Positions 43,601 through 53,256 of a stretch of 64,000 nucleotides of DNA are shown in pieces. The position numbers and the translations under genes are program-made. The DNA comes from a virus. Every line of letters starts with the position of its first letter. Position 1 is the first letter of the stretch. The stretch lies in IMG/VR virus record IMGVR_UViG_3300042292_000979. One strand, written 5' to 3'. The notes beneath the pieces are model-generated. The model saw only the letters and a program-made list of their open reading frames with translations, was not told the DNA's origin and did not search any database.

Positions 43601-46600
43601 ACGTCAGCAGTAGTTCCAATTACTACTGGTTTTCCTTCTGAAGACAAAGCAGTGCGCCTCGGCCTTAAAAGGCCATCTTATAGAAGTCCCGATTCAGAAT
43701 TAATGGATCTTTTAACAAAAGTTAATAAGCAATCAAATTCTACTGCTGATTATGAAGCATTTAAACAAGGACAAAATCCATCAATATCTATTTCTGAAAT
43801 AGTTAAACAACAATCATCTTACTCAGATATATATGCGCCAGCTGGAATCCTAAGAGGAAAAGTTATTAACTTCTTAGATCCTTGGAGAACTGCATATTAC
43901 GGTAATAGTAAAACAACAAAAGAACAATTGACGAATGATATTTTATCTGAAATACCAAAAAACAAAGGTTATGTAACAGTTGGTTTCCACTTACCTATAG
44001 ATTCTACTGGACAGAATGCTTCCGAAGTAGACATAGAAAAGATGAAAAGCTTACACGTAGAAATACCTCAAATGCCACTTAGGTTTTCTTTCCCATTTTT
44101 CACAGACAGAGTTGCTGGAGCAGTTTTATTAGATTACGCATTTTACGCACTAAGTAATAATAGATCAGGAGAAGGTGATGATAGGCTTAAAACTGGAACC
44201 ATACATGATGGTGATAAAGATTTTGAAAAATTAGGTCACGATACTCTATATACAAGTTTATTAGACACGGAAGCATCCCTCATTGCTAGTTCACTAACGG
44301 ATCAACGTGAAGGAGGAACAGAAGATGAGTTCGTCATAAACTTAGCAGCTGTTTCATTTACTGCGGCAGTTAATCCAATTAATTCATTTGGTAATGATAA
44401 ATTTATATTTGATTTAAGTACAAGTGGAGTAACTGGGAGTAAGTCACTGATAAGAATGCCACTACCTTCACTACTGGAACAAGTTAGGGGAATAGAAAAA
44501 CTTGAAGGCTCTTGGGAGTATGAGTACATTAATCAAAGAACGATTACTTCTGGAAGTCCATTTAGTTATAGAGATTGGGGATCTCCAGCAAGTGCTCTTG
44601 ATGAGCAATTCTACATAGCTATGAGATGGCCATATGAAATAACTGAAGATAAAGATGATGAAATATTCAAAAAGTTTAAAGATGAGTATTTTCCAGATAG
44701 AGATGTAAATCAATTTTATGGTAAGCCAAAAGATTACAAGAATAGAAAAGTTTTAGTATACAGTCCAACAACTAGAACAGCTGTTGTTTGTAAGCCAGCA
44801 TACTTCTTATGGGGAACGGATAAAGCTGACTTAATTAACGGCTCTTTAGCTGCAAATGATAATACAGATAGTGAAAATAGAACTGATGATAATTTTATAA
44901 ATTTTAAGAGTGATTCTTTTAAGGAAGTAGATTTAGCAGCAGTCGTTTCTCCAGATGCTGCGTACTACCTAGGTGTAATGCACCTTACGGAAAATGAAAA
45001 AGAGTACTTTGGTTCAGAGAATGATAAAATAGGTAATGATAATAATCACGCAAATGCGTCAGCCCAGGCATTAGCAAAAGCCGGACTTGCTCCAACTCCA
45101 ATGCCAAGAGATTGCTACTTCACTTTCGTAGATGATAGTGTTCCACTCGGTGTTGTAACAACAATATATAACCCAGCTAATGAGTTCAAGTATAATGGCG
45201 AAACTCATGTTGATATGGATTACTTTATTGGCTTTGGCGCTTTTGCGTCAGAAGGTGATGGAAAACTTATAGCAGAAAAGGCAACTAAAGCAGGCATGCA
45301 GAAGCTGGGGCTATCTGGTACGGCTGATTCAATTGAAAGACAACTAGAGTTATTAAATGAAAGACCAACAGCTTTTACAAATACTCAATGGCAAGAGTAT
45401 ATTCCAGTTACTGGAATAACACTTCTTGATCAAGGCCATTTTGCTGAAGCAGCCGCTAGGGGTGGAAACATCCTTGCTGGCAAAGAACAAGAAAATAGTT
45501 ATTTTGATTACATTATAAACGAAGAGTACAGCGCCCTTGAGCGAGAAGCACTATACACTGTATTGGATGCCGAGCTTAGAAGTACTGGAGATGAAGATAC
45601 TGGAACAGGAAGAGAACGTTTTGCTCCTGTATATGATCCAGCTGCACCAGAATCTATAAAAGCTAGAGAGTTTTTTGATGAAGGTTTTAGCGCTTCCACT
45701 CATGTAATAGCTGGAAATGGAAGAACTCTTAGTCAAGCAAATGATGTATGGGATCAATTTAGATTTAATTACCATAACGAAATAGCAATAAAGAAAATAT
45801 TTTTTGATGCTTTTGGTATGGATCCCGATGATATAACTCCGCTTCCAGATTTCTTAATAACTATACTGCGAAATCCAAAAGCAAATCCAGATATATTTAA
45901 ACTGTTTAGTGCCAATGGTCCAGATAGCACAGCGGTAGATGAATTTAGTTTATTACTTGGAAGTGACTTTATAGCAAATCCAAATCAAAGAACTGGAATA
46001 CCATACGGTACAGCTGATTCAATGGAGAGGCAGATTGAATCAGGGTCTGGATCATTAGTTAGTTCAGATACAGTTAAGCAAGCTATCGAATTTGCCAGAA
46101 AAAACTTAGTCGATGCACCACTCGACGAGGGTGGATTAGTTAGATATTTCGATGCTTTAGTAAAAACAAAATATAAAAAATTAGGATTATTTTTACAATC
46201 ACAATCTAATTTATCCTTAATACTTGGCGCTGATGTTGGTGGCGGACAGCCAAAAGTAGATGACATAATTAAAGATAACTTTACGCCAAAACAAGTATTC
46301 TTATTGATAGTTGGAATGTTTAGACAGGCAATGTGGCAAGATGCATATGCAAGAGCTTGGTTAGTATTAAAACCAAATAGACAATACGCCAGTGATGATA
46401 TGTGGGACTTTAGTCCTGTTCACAAAATCTTTGCTGCATTTATCGATCCTAATCAAGACTATGCATCAAATAAAAGAAAGTTCTTGAAACTTTTAGCAGA
46501 CAATAAAGGCGAAGGAAATAGTGCAGGTAACGTAGTTGGTGTGCTAACTCATAATATCGATAGCTTTTGGGATCAAAATATTGGACCATTATTTACAGCA

Positions 46601-49045
46601 CTGAGTGATGGCTTATCAGGTCTAATGAATATGTTTAGAATGTCGATGCTTCAAATGGGATATGGTTTATCTAACATAGATAACTTCTCTCAGCAAGCAA
46701 ACATTATGAATAAAGTATTAAATGACTCTATCTATTATTCATTAGGAAGACCTGGATCACTATTAAGAGCCATTGACAACCCATTCACTAGAGAGTATGG
46801 AGAACCAGTAGTCGAAGTACGTGAACCATTTCAGAAAATACACTACATAAGTTCATTCTCAACTATTATAGCTAATAATATACAAGAGACTATAACCAAT
46901 GTAGCAACTCAGGTAACCGCTGTATCTGAAGGAAAGTATCCAGTAACAGTAGCTTTAGATAAAAGTATTCCAGCAGAAAGACAGGTTGAGAAAACTGTAG
47001 AGACTGGTTTATTCTTTGATAACATAGCTGGCGAAGGTCTATTCGGAATTGCTCAACCGTTATTCCATCCAATAGAATTTGCAAGAGGAGCAATAAAACT
47101 ATCTCAAGGTGCGCCAGATGAACTAATGGCAAGAAGAGTTGGTCTAGCTCATCTTAAGGAATCTCTAAAAGATATTTATTCTGGAGAGTTAATTGTAATA
47201 GGAAGCGCAGATATAAGACCTCATGACTTAGTTTACCTCGCTGATGTTTATGAAAGAATGTATGGAATTTTTGAAGTCGAACAGGTTGTTCATCATTTTA
47301 CTCCAAATATGGGATTCATAACGTCTATCACACCTAATGCTCTTGTGACTATAAATGATCCAGCAAGATGGTTTATGTCTAGTTGGATTCATTCTTGGAT
47401 GTCAATTCAGAATATAAGAAATGATACAAGAAGTTTGATTAATTCAGTTCAAGCTGGAAGCACTGGAATCTTGTCTGGTGGAGACATTTCTGTTGACGGT
47501 ATGTCAGAAGCGCTAAGATCACAGATGATGGGTGGTGTGCAATTTACTCATGGATCAAGTGCACTTATGTCCGACATAATGGCGAACTTTGCAGCCGAAG
47601 GATTAACAGATGCCCAATCTCAAATAGAGAATCAGATGAAGCAAAACTCTGAAAATGGAATTAGCTTAACCGGAATTGCAGCAACATACTTAACTACAGT
47701 TGGCCTAACTGCAGCAACAGCAGCAATCCCCGGTGGCGCAATTGCTGCCGGAATTGCTGGTGCAGTAGCATCTGATTTATTTTGGAAAGGCTGGAAGTGG
47801 GTCAGGGACAACGTTTTGGATCAACACGGCTGCTATATATCTTATCTAAATAAGAATGGTCAACCAATGGACGCAAGTCTTGCTATAAATCAAGGAATGG
47901 TTGTTGGCAGATACCATACAAAGAGACTTCTTCCTGGAATTTTAGGAGTAAAGAGTAAGGTTAGAACCGTTGACGGCAATGCATTTATTAGAAATGATGA
48001 TTTACTTAAGAGTCTTGGCTGGAAAGAAAAAGAAATAACTGACTTAGTAAGATACGTGAGTTATGAAAATGCATTAGTTAATGCTGAAGTATTAAAGTAC
48101 TCTGGAACTGGCCCAGATAAAACTGGCTTAAACCAATACTTTAAAGTGATATGTAAATTACATAATGTTATAGATGGTGATGAAATAGAAGTAGTAGACT
48201 TAATGAATCCAACTGGTCAACCTTTTAAGGTTAGACTAGAGGGAATAATAGCTTCAAGTCTTGGTACTTTCCAAGCGTACACAAATACTTCTATACAAGC
48301 TGGGTATAAGCCAGATGATCCAACAACTGCAATAAATGTTAATTCACCAGGTGGAAGAGCAGCAATCTTCGTAAGTGAAAGACTCAGAGATAAGCCTTTT
48401 GTTATTAGAGTTTCTCCCAATGATCAATCTTCAACTTCTATTTATACAGAAGATGATTTATCCCCTGGATCAAGAATCAATAATACAAATAGTTACTTCA
48501 AGGGTGTTAACTACGGAGATCAAGAAAGAGAAAAATCTTTAGGAACAGTATTCTATAGAATGCTTGATGAAGATAAAGAAACAAATATTTCCATAATAAG
48601 ATCTTTCTTTGTTCAAAATCTTGGCTTAAGCATCATACAGAAAAAAGAAAAATTCAAAAAAAATCTTTATGGAGAATCAGTATTTGGTCAAAAGTTTGAT
48701 GAAATATATAATTCAATATACACTTCTAATATGGAGAATCATTTTGAGATTACTGGAGAAACAGATCCGCTATTAACTATAACCAATGACGAAAGAAAAT
48801 TGTTTAATGATTTAGTTAACTTTAAAATATTAGAAGTTCTTTATTCAAAAGCTTCAGAATGGCCATATATTTCTTGGGATGAGTACTATAATGACGGAGC
48901 GCCAGCGACTCTTAATTGGGAGCTAGTAACAAATAACTTAGCCCAAGTGTATACTGTAGATCTACTAAGAGAAAGAGCATCTACTGGCGGCTTAGATAGA
49001 TCTATACCAACGCCAAGCTATGTTCAACAAAAGAGTGGATTATAA
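37664..49045 (+). CDS. Giant multidomain baseplate hub protein (3793 aa) with C-terminal SNase-like domain
   Basis: Hub motifs LKPGVRVHLRVGYG...FNGVITEV...VTCQS and G.LIVIG...IRPHD.VYL.D...G.FEVEQVVHHF...GF.T; C-terminal NVIDGDEIEV...VRLEGI. Confidence 0.65.
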   Translation: MTINQEAFYYIKEQFTTKQQVDDYVLEIQQVTLNANSNIQPGPALAKLQTVLPGFAGTIGVWAGVERLPWGIKIAPPDFNDIAWRNAAIAAIKIQDTKMNAENDITYIVGILKKFDKKIPTKNVDLTDVAYAKAFEAWYSAAYSKVDSCWHYIESASAMASFIAERVKNFNIDSDNPEDVQEPPAVDENSLGTTIERAAALEEFIRRGAAIIGFDHSDNSYSSISQYYESLVRKNNASFVYDKAFQDNYVNQFIAVASPSTDIYKLNDTYQKSLFDKIEASGLFDLLSYIDAMQAFGRARLSTLERVTGSAGAANVLDGVRDTGWLQQLTVVLQRLSRDPVTLATIYRYFPELVNFFFAALAATADYSNGGKGGGSEDKLNDGQAVLNDLMAALGQVNGENIFTGAWDLINTGQRIEKAIAEFPFRQNIPPSSPDIFHLRLGAANFYVPPIGIDVQTQFKTSSLGEGALRQKNSPKFNSGYKHTTVSMQLFFPNYEEIWGISIEDASKITLKDNFTIDFSGNGDNEEKIDKFLSSLRGLVAAFKYAPFLPIRNHYLNSVYGITGVALQGMSISTIPSYPFALVVTLNLYNFNHKPFLPMLNDFNQAIHWGKFRQYMGKAAGALHNYINEEFLMFGKEGLLNATKDAMVSVAEAMLDTDRDGDVTQDDLRGIQAASDRLSAQAGISPSKIVNDALLGYKNEVFTTNVVREWTNGSNLSFYMPAETQTKIFTPDVSGFQSAEEKGLTDTGRSFWNQMLANFGIDINESAGYHRDLDSVITTSTGNIVEYTVNQKIVQSIDILTAGRNTTDFQKKAYDFIITSFIFQNPQLDSDRKAYLRDFDRTENAYEDTERYVFGAIVFQDETLSQIKSFFKSKALSTTSYLDFLVDEYLQKRAINAGKTKDDEWKENERSIIKKQFAAGYSSMVYERFFKAGPIRDLMEAARERNGSFHIREWEVPMIRVDIDPANAIVTDVSISMSNNIIPLQVQMQDEPTYQHIGGGDSYINISMKVFGEKELIKLRKIFDHINGLARLEHAAGVMGFLGIKNIITALAGVKYVLPLSFNVSTIPNFPHVYDVSLRLVDFDIFQQKREQLSSDQQRKMIEEFGTKKNPFLRMKQLWGSFNSYPDFPLEIRNKDSEVVGCLDPDFYFRSFEMFDRDVIRSVTENKGKLSRLNTFNVDPSKEITVVTPYGSMTHKGSAVVAKFREYILNDQLDELKAYSRGTLGLKASETASYIMEALLDVDQPHDKFLLNYVDSLDEGEFDTKDLADSSWRLSSGQLKAGDLSSSNEEARSKLQASLGGTADGFAEDGYISFSPDELDAHAIINTFPSAELGDPKIPSMIHTADGYQFGYIDKKNGRFYLTVDDVAVKKDSSVEYVGITDTQTPDVGTTKSLTGVPGAKALSEYQYSYSSGDEGKPETMKSNGNSKSVTDHWEKMMVDTQYRDISGRMVRAFPTYMLWLIDEKNFAGTKLFDNFYGLQSIIDFSVVSSEDILGDTLVFRASNMYAKLSTKEATTIFSGSGETEDKPGVDKLSLTSGLEQVIDRTLNFARNQLGHMESQYIVDIENIRLKPGVRVHLRVGYGANPNSLHTVFNGVITEVELGEIVTVTCQSDAIELSPVVNSVDKKGSSGHIDGGLNTGLYLSEPRDLMVRLLSMGTSRTREAFAHATRGTVFSENKFGIKHFGMMLYEPLTDAERNKNAGIRNAASDAYLAVGQGSGITGGAGTVAGVLNPFGDNSNGTGIGGSPFGIDVRLPMVGIMRTMWSNFAAQPDLELFKRNIYPGNGTGVAQFLGGDLGDGWSNAASLTPEDMPNPRLDYQNRLTDSSWNNLLQRYDGGSKNASAAIDNLTLGMEARASGGTAAAVLGGGLLAAGTALAIGTGGIALPFIGGAMAVGGGASLLGGLSGRGGVNIWKTFGLISDLDDDMAGFDEVSFRAQTYMKSVWDLFQMCARLLPNYIVAVRPFEDRSTVFYGKPHWLYTSAVVPITTGFPSEDKAVRLGLKRPSYRSPDSELMDLLTKVNKQSNSTADYEAFKQGQNPSISISEIVKQQSSYSDIYAPAGILRGKVINFLDPWRTAYYGNSKTTKEQLTNDILSEIPKNKGYVTVGFHLPIDSTGQNASEVDIEKMKSLHVEIPQMPLRFSFPFFTDRVAGAVLLDYAFYALSNNRSGEGDDRLKTGTIHDGDKDFEKLGHDTLYTSLLDTEASLIASSLTDQREGGTEDEFVINLAAVSFTAAVNPINSFGNDKFIFDLSTSGVTGSKSLIRMPLPSLLEQVRGIEKLEGSWEYEYINQRTITSGSPFSYRDWGSPASALDEQFYIAMRWPYEITEDKDDEIFKKFKDEYFPDRDVNQFYGKPKDYKNRKVLVYSPTTRTAVVCKPAYFLWGTDKADLINGSLAANDNTDSENRTDDNFINFKSDSFKEVDLAAVVSPDAAYYLGVMHLTENEKEYFGSENDKIGNDNNHANASAQALAKAGLAPTPMPRDCYFTFVDDSVPLGVVTTIYNPANEFKYNGETHVDMDYFIGFGAFASEGDGKLIAEKATKAGMQKLGLSGTADSIERQLELLNERPTAFTNTQWQEYIPVTGITLLDQGHFAEAAARGGNILAGKEQENSYFDYIINEEYSALEREALYTVLDAELRSTGDEDTGTGRERFAPVYDPAAPESIKAREFFDEGFSASTHVIAGNGRTLSQANDVWDQFRFNYHNEIAIKKIFFDAFGMDPDDITPLPDFLITILRNPKANPDIFKLFSANGPDSTAVDEFSLLLGSDFIANPNQRTGIPYGTADSMERQIESGSGSLVSSDTVKQAIEFARKNLVDAPLDEGGLVRYFDALVKTKYKKLGLFLQSQSNLSLILGADVGGGQPKVDDIIKDNFTPKQVFLLIVGMFRQAMWQDAYARAWLVLKPNRQYASDDMWDFSPVHKIFAAFIDPNQDYASNKRKFLKLLADNKGEGNSAGNVVGVLTHNIDSFWDQNIGPLFTALSDGLSGLMNMFRMSMLQMGYGLSNIDNFSQQANIMNKVLNDSIYYSLGRPGSLLRAIDNPFTREYGEPVVEVREPFQKIHYISSFSTIIANNIQETITNVATQVTAVSEGKYPVTVALDKSIPAERQVEKTVETGLFFDNIAGEGLFGIAQPLFHPIEFARGAIKLSQGAPDELMARRVGLAHLKESLKDIYSGELIVIGSADIRPHDLVYLADVYERMYGIFEVEQVVHHFTPNMGFITSITPNALVTINDPARWFMSSWIHSWMSIQNIRNDTRSLINSVQAGSTGILSGGDISVDGMSEALRSQMMGGVQFTHGSSALMSDIMANFAAEGLTDAQSQIENQMKQNSENGISLTGIAATYLTTVGLTAATAAIPGGAIAAGIAGAVASDLFWKGWKWVRDNVLDQHGCYISYLNKNGQPMDASLAINQGMVVGRYHTKRLLPGILGVKSKVRTVDGNAFIRNDDLLKSLGWKEKEITDLVRYVSYENALVNAEVLKYSGTGPDKTGLNQYFKVICKLHNVIDGDEIEVVDLMNPTGQPFKVRLEGIIASSLGTFQAYTNTSIQAGYKPDDPTTAINVNSPGGRAAIFVSERLRDKPFVIRVSPNDQSSTSIYTEDDLSPGSRINNTNSYFKGVNYGDQEREKSLGTVFYRMLDEDKETNISIIRSFFVQNLGLSIIQKKEKFKKNLYGESVFGQKFDEIYNSIYTSNMENHFEITGETDPLLTITNDERKLFNDLVNFKILEVLYSKASEWPYISWDEYYNDGAPATLNWELVTNNLAQVYTVDLLRERASTGGLDRSIPTPSYVQQKSGL

Positions 49046-49047
49046 TA

Positions 49048-51802
49048 ATGTCTGATTTTAATTTTAGCTTAAATGACCTTAATGACTCAACTGCTTTTAT
49101 ATCAAAATTGTCAGAAGGCTACAACCCTAATGGAACGGCCAGCTTAGTCACTTCAGCCTCAAAAGAAGATTATGCAAATCAGACGTTAACGTCTAGAAAT
49201 TTAACAGATATAATGGCTGGACGGAGCATTAACTAGAAACCCAGCAGCGCTAGCAGACGCATCAACAAAATTCGTTAGGTCGTCTCTTCATTCCATATTA
49301 GCAACAGGCATTCAATCAGGAGATGCTTTCCAAGTAGCTAATCCAGATTATCAGGGGCCTGGAGATTTAGAAGTGCTAAAGGGTGACCAGGCATACTTAA
49401 AGGTAGTTTCTCAGTCTTTAGTTGGAACTGGTTTTGCACCAACGTCAGTTATGAATCCTTTGTTAGAATCAACAAATGGAAAATGGCCAGGAAACGATAA
49501 GTCTAAAGTTGGAGATTCTACTGGAGCACTATTTACCCACAATAGCACCGCCTACACAATAGATGTCCAGGCTCCAGGTTTAGGAGAAAGAGCTATAGCT
49601 ACAGATGAAGAATTAAGCGAAGAAGAAAAACAAATATATATAGATAGAGGAACACTTCTTAAACAATCCATCAATGAACCAGCTTTAACTCTTGGGTTTC
49701 AATTTGACATACCAAACGTACTATCTTCTTATTCTTTTGTGCAAACAAATTCATACTACACAGATGAATCTAATCCAACTGAGAATTCTGTTGAATCATC
49801 ATTAATAAGCGCTCCTCAAAAAAAGGCATACATTAGTGCTTCTTTGATTGAATGCTTATTGATGATGACAGATGTAAATAAAGGTGTTAAATTAAATGGC
49901 ACGTTTGCCCTTAATAGGGCAGTGTTGTCAGAAAGTGACAAAACAAGCAGGCATTCAAATCCAGAAAGTGGAATTGATAAAAATAATAAAAATTCTATAT
50001 CTGATCATGTTTTTGGAAGAGCGTTTGACATTAGATCAGTTGGCGACTATGGAGTAATAAGAGGCAAAGAGAGATATGCAATTGCCTTAGATATTGTTTT
50101 ACAAAAGTTAAACACAATGCCACAACCCCTAATGCCAGATCTTATAGTCATTGACCCAGACGTTGCAAAGGATAAAGGAATTGGAGAAGGTTTTGAGTCA
50201 GTTGATACTGCAATCAAAACACAATATCCAAATCTAAAATATGTTAACTTTGAATTTGGTCCAGAGCATACGGAAAATATTCATATTAGCTTTAGCCCAC
50301 AAAGAGGTGGTAAGTACATTGGTTCTGGTGGCTGGAAAACCTCTGATGCTTCAGCTCAACAATTAGATGAAAATGGAAACCCAATAGATAATTCAGCAAG
50401 TCTGACATCAGCAAAAGAAAAAGCCTATAAAAATTATAAAAATGGTGGTCCAGCAATAACACTATATGAATTATTTATAATGCTTTCTCAAGAAGGTCCA
50501 TTTTCTGACGAGGCAGCAGCAATTTTTTGCGCTGTAGCAGGAAGAGAGAGTGGAGCCAGTCCAGCAGGTTATAACGGCAAATGTTTCGATAACAAGACAA
50601 GTTGGGGTGGTGACGTTTCAATTGGAATGTTTCAGTATAATTTGATTTCCTTAATCAAGAGGTCGACCAACGCATCAAACGACGTGCCAATTTACTATGA
50701 TGGTTCTGCTGCAACAAAGCAATTAGTTAAAGCTCACAGGTTAATGTACTCTGCTACTGAAGCTTCTTCCTGGGATCCCAACGCTGTAGCAAAAAAATTA
50801 GTAGAAATTTATAACACTAATAGCAATAAAGAAGAATCAAAGTCTACTACCGATGACAGGTTGTGGTTCCCAATTAATCAAGTTTGGATGCTGATGGATA
50901 AGTGGGGCAGAAAAGATTTTAAAAACGTAAATAAGATAGATGCATCTAATGGTTTTTTCCATTGGGGAGATTATGATAACTCAGATAAAACACCAAGATC
51001 TGATTGTGGATTTATATTCGGAACAAAATTTCAAAATGCTGTTAACGTATATTTAACAACAGGAAAACCTATAGAAACACTAGAAGATTGGGTTAGAGTA
51101 AATTTTAAAAAGAATAATAAAAGAACAATAAACTATATAGAACAGTGGATGGATGGAACTGTTTTCTATGATCACGCTAAAGATGGTTCATTGATAAACG
51201 AAGGCGCTAGTGGAATAATTACATATGAGGTAGATGTAGTTAGTTCGCAAAGTGCCGGAGGAGATGGATCTCCTGCATCTTTTACTAAGAACCAAATTGA
51301 AGAAGCTGCAGACTGGATTAGCACTAATAAGATTCCTCAATGGCTTTCTAAATATCGTTCAGATCTTGACGGCAACTTTGGTTGCGATAGATTTGCCAGA
51401 GTTCTTTCAGCTGCTTTGGGATTATTTGGCCCAGCACAAACTGCACTATTTGCAGATGAGTGGACAGCTGCAGGTAACGAAGGCTCATATACAGTCTCTA
51501 CGCCTAGTCTTAGTCAATTCCTAACAGCGGGAGAACACTTGTCTAATCTAAAATCGAGTGCTTCATTCTATGGACCAGAGACTGAAAACGGAAAGAACCC
51601 ACCAGCTGGTTATTTGGTATTTTGGCAGGGTGGGACTGATGACTATGGCCACGTAGGAGTTTCAATAGGAAATGGTCAGTACGTTGACCAGCATGATGAA
51701 AGTGAAGGGTCTGATAGACCAAGACCAAGAAATATAAATTCAACAACTTTCCCAGGAAGCAAGTACACCTACGCTGGAGCATCGTCTATATGGAGCGCAT
51801 AA
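49048..51802 (+). CDS. Tail-associated multi-domain peptidoglycan hydrolase (~917 aa); needs +1 recoding at CGGA 49222
   Basis: Track ORFs 49048..49236 and 49373..51802 join. SDHVFGRAFDI...NIHISF (M15-like peptidase); AGRESG...SIGMFQYN (lysozyme/SLT-like); CDRF...PPAGYLVFW...GHVGVSIGNG (CHAP/NlpC-like). Confidence 0.75.
49222..49225 (+). other. Recoding site 8: GGA CGGA GCA
   Basis: Codon 59. The +1 frame is closed by TAA 49211 and the 0 frame by TAG 49234; no homopolymer in the window. Confidence 0.8.
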
Positions 51803-51813
51803 GGAGATAAGTA

Positions 51814-52176
51814 ATGAAACAGTATCCAAAATTTGATGAAAAATTAAATTCACACATTAGCAATAATCAGCTTCAGCAATCTAAGACAAGATCTGGAACT
51901 ATTATGTCATACAATAAAATGACTAATACAGCTGTAATTATCTTAGATGATAGGATGACAAATCAAGTTGGTAATATAATAAGAGGAGTTCCATGTCCAT
52001 CCACCCTCGGTGTGCAAAGTGTTGCGCCAACAGCCGGCACAAGATGTATAGTTGGCTTTGCTGACGCCAATGAAAGGTTTCCACATATAGTATCATATAT
52101 GGACGATACAAATAGCGTAGGAAGATATATGCCCAACTACAGTGTAGACACTGGTGTGCCAAAGTTTATGGTTTAA
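51814..52176 (+). CDS. Baseplate spike N-terminal OB-fold-like protein
   Basis: G.I.SY....TA.I.......VPCP...G....P..G..C.VGF pattern typical of gpV/gp5-type OB domains; positional context. Confidence 0.55.
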   Translation: MKQYPKFDEKLNSHISNNQLQQSKTRSGTIMSYNKMTNTAVIILDDRMTNQVGNIIRGVPCPSTLGVQSVAPTAGTRCIVGFADANERFPHIVSYMDDTNSVGRYMPNYSVDTGVPKFMV

Positions 52177-52177
52177 A

Positions 52178-52882
52178 ATGTCAGAAAAAATTCACGCACA
52201 AAAGTCTTTTGAATCAGTAGCTGGCAAGACCGCTTCTGAGATAGATGAATTAAGCAGAAGGAAAAACTTTTCCCAAAGAGAAGTAGGGTTAACTCATCCA
52301 GATAATCCATCTTTTATAAGACTAACAGATTCTGGTGATATAGAAATATTTTCAGCGCCTGGAGTAGGTATAGTTATAAATGGATCAACAAAAACCATTT
52401 CTCTTTTTGCGGATAATATTAAGTTTTTTACAAAAGAAGATGGTTTAAAATGGAACTCTATGGAATTCAATCATTCGGCAACTGTGTTTTCGGAGCCAGC
52501 ATTTGTCAGCGCAAATGATAAATCTTATAATCCAGCTTTTTTAAATATGGATCATTACATAAAGAATCTAGATTTAATAGACCAAGAAGATTCACAACAG
52601 GCAGTTACTATTAACGGCACGTACGCTTATAGAGAAACAACTAACACTGATGTTGTCTCGGTGGATGTATTGGAAAATTCTTCATTAGATAATGATTTTA
52701 CAAAAGAAGATATTATTAAATTAGATTCTTTTTGGGATAGGAACTCTTCTGCGCTGTTTAATGCAGAGAGTATGTCAAAGGCTAATTTGATAAATAGCAT
52801 AAGAAATCTAATGTCTAATGGGCGCTCGATAAACCAGGCGTTAGATATTGTTAAAGAAAGCATAGGAGATAATAATGTCTGA
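52178..52882 (+). CDS. Baseplate/spike-associated protein
   Basis: ATG 52178 is 1 nt after the upstream stop; short beta-strand repeats (SFIRLTDSGDIEIF..GIVING..ISLFADNI). Confidence 0.5.
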   Translation: MSEKIHAQKSFESVAGKTASEIDELSRRKNFSQREVGLTHPDNPSFIRLTDSGDIEIFSAPGVGIVINGSTKTISLFADNIKFFTKEDGLKWNSMEFNHSATVFSEPAFVSANDKSYNPAFLNMDHYIKNLDLIDQEDSQQAVTINGTYAYRETTNTDVVSVDVLENSSLDNDFTKEDIIKLDSFWDRNSSALFNAESMSKANLINSIRNLMSNGRSINQALDIVKESIGDNNV

Positions 52883-53255
52883 TTTTTACATCAGCCTTAG
52901 TGGTGATTTAGTAGTAAATGGATCTGGAGATTTGGGCTTAGTTCAATCTATGTCAGAAAAAGATATACAGCATGTATATATGAGGTTGATGACTGAGCCA
53001 GGTGACTTCTTTATTTACCCTCAGCTAGGGACTCAACTGTCGATGCTATACGGAATGCCTCAAAACCCTCAAACCGGTGACTTCGGCAAAAGATTAATTC
53101 GTGCAGCCCTAGAAAGAGAAGGGGTTTTTAAAAATAGACAAATTACTATTGAAGCAGTACCGGTTTCCGCAGACTCCATTAGATTTGATGTTTATTTAAT
53201 GGGTGATTTAAATGAACCTACGATATTGTCAATAACACAAGACTTAGGAGCCTAG
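52875..53255 (+). CDS. Baseplate wedge protein, gp25/gpW-like
   Basis: GDL...GDL.......Q....RLMTEPG....YPQLG..L motif; precedes baseplate J. Confidence 0.75.
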   Translation: MSDFYISLSGDLVVNGSGDLGLVQSMSEKDIQHVYMRLMTEPGDFFIYPQLGTQLSMLYGMPQNPQTGDFGKRLIRAALEREGVFKNRQITIEAVPVSADSIRFDVYLMGDLNEPTILSITQDLGA

Positions 53256-53256
53256 A

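Noticed and set aside
24166-49045. Introns, inteins or homing endonucleases in the giant genes
   Set aside because: No LAGLIDADG, HNH or intein splice motifs were recognised, and the breaks are resolved by a single nucleotide rather than an intervening sequence.
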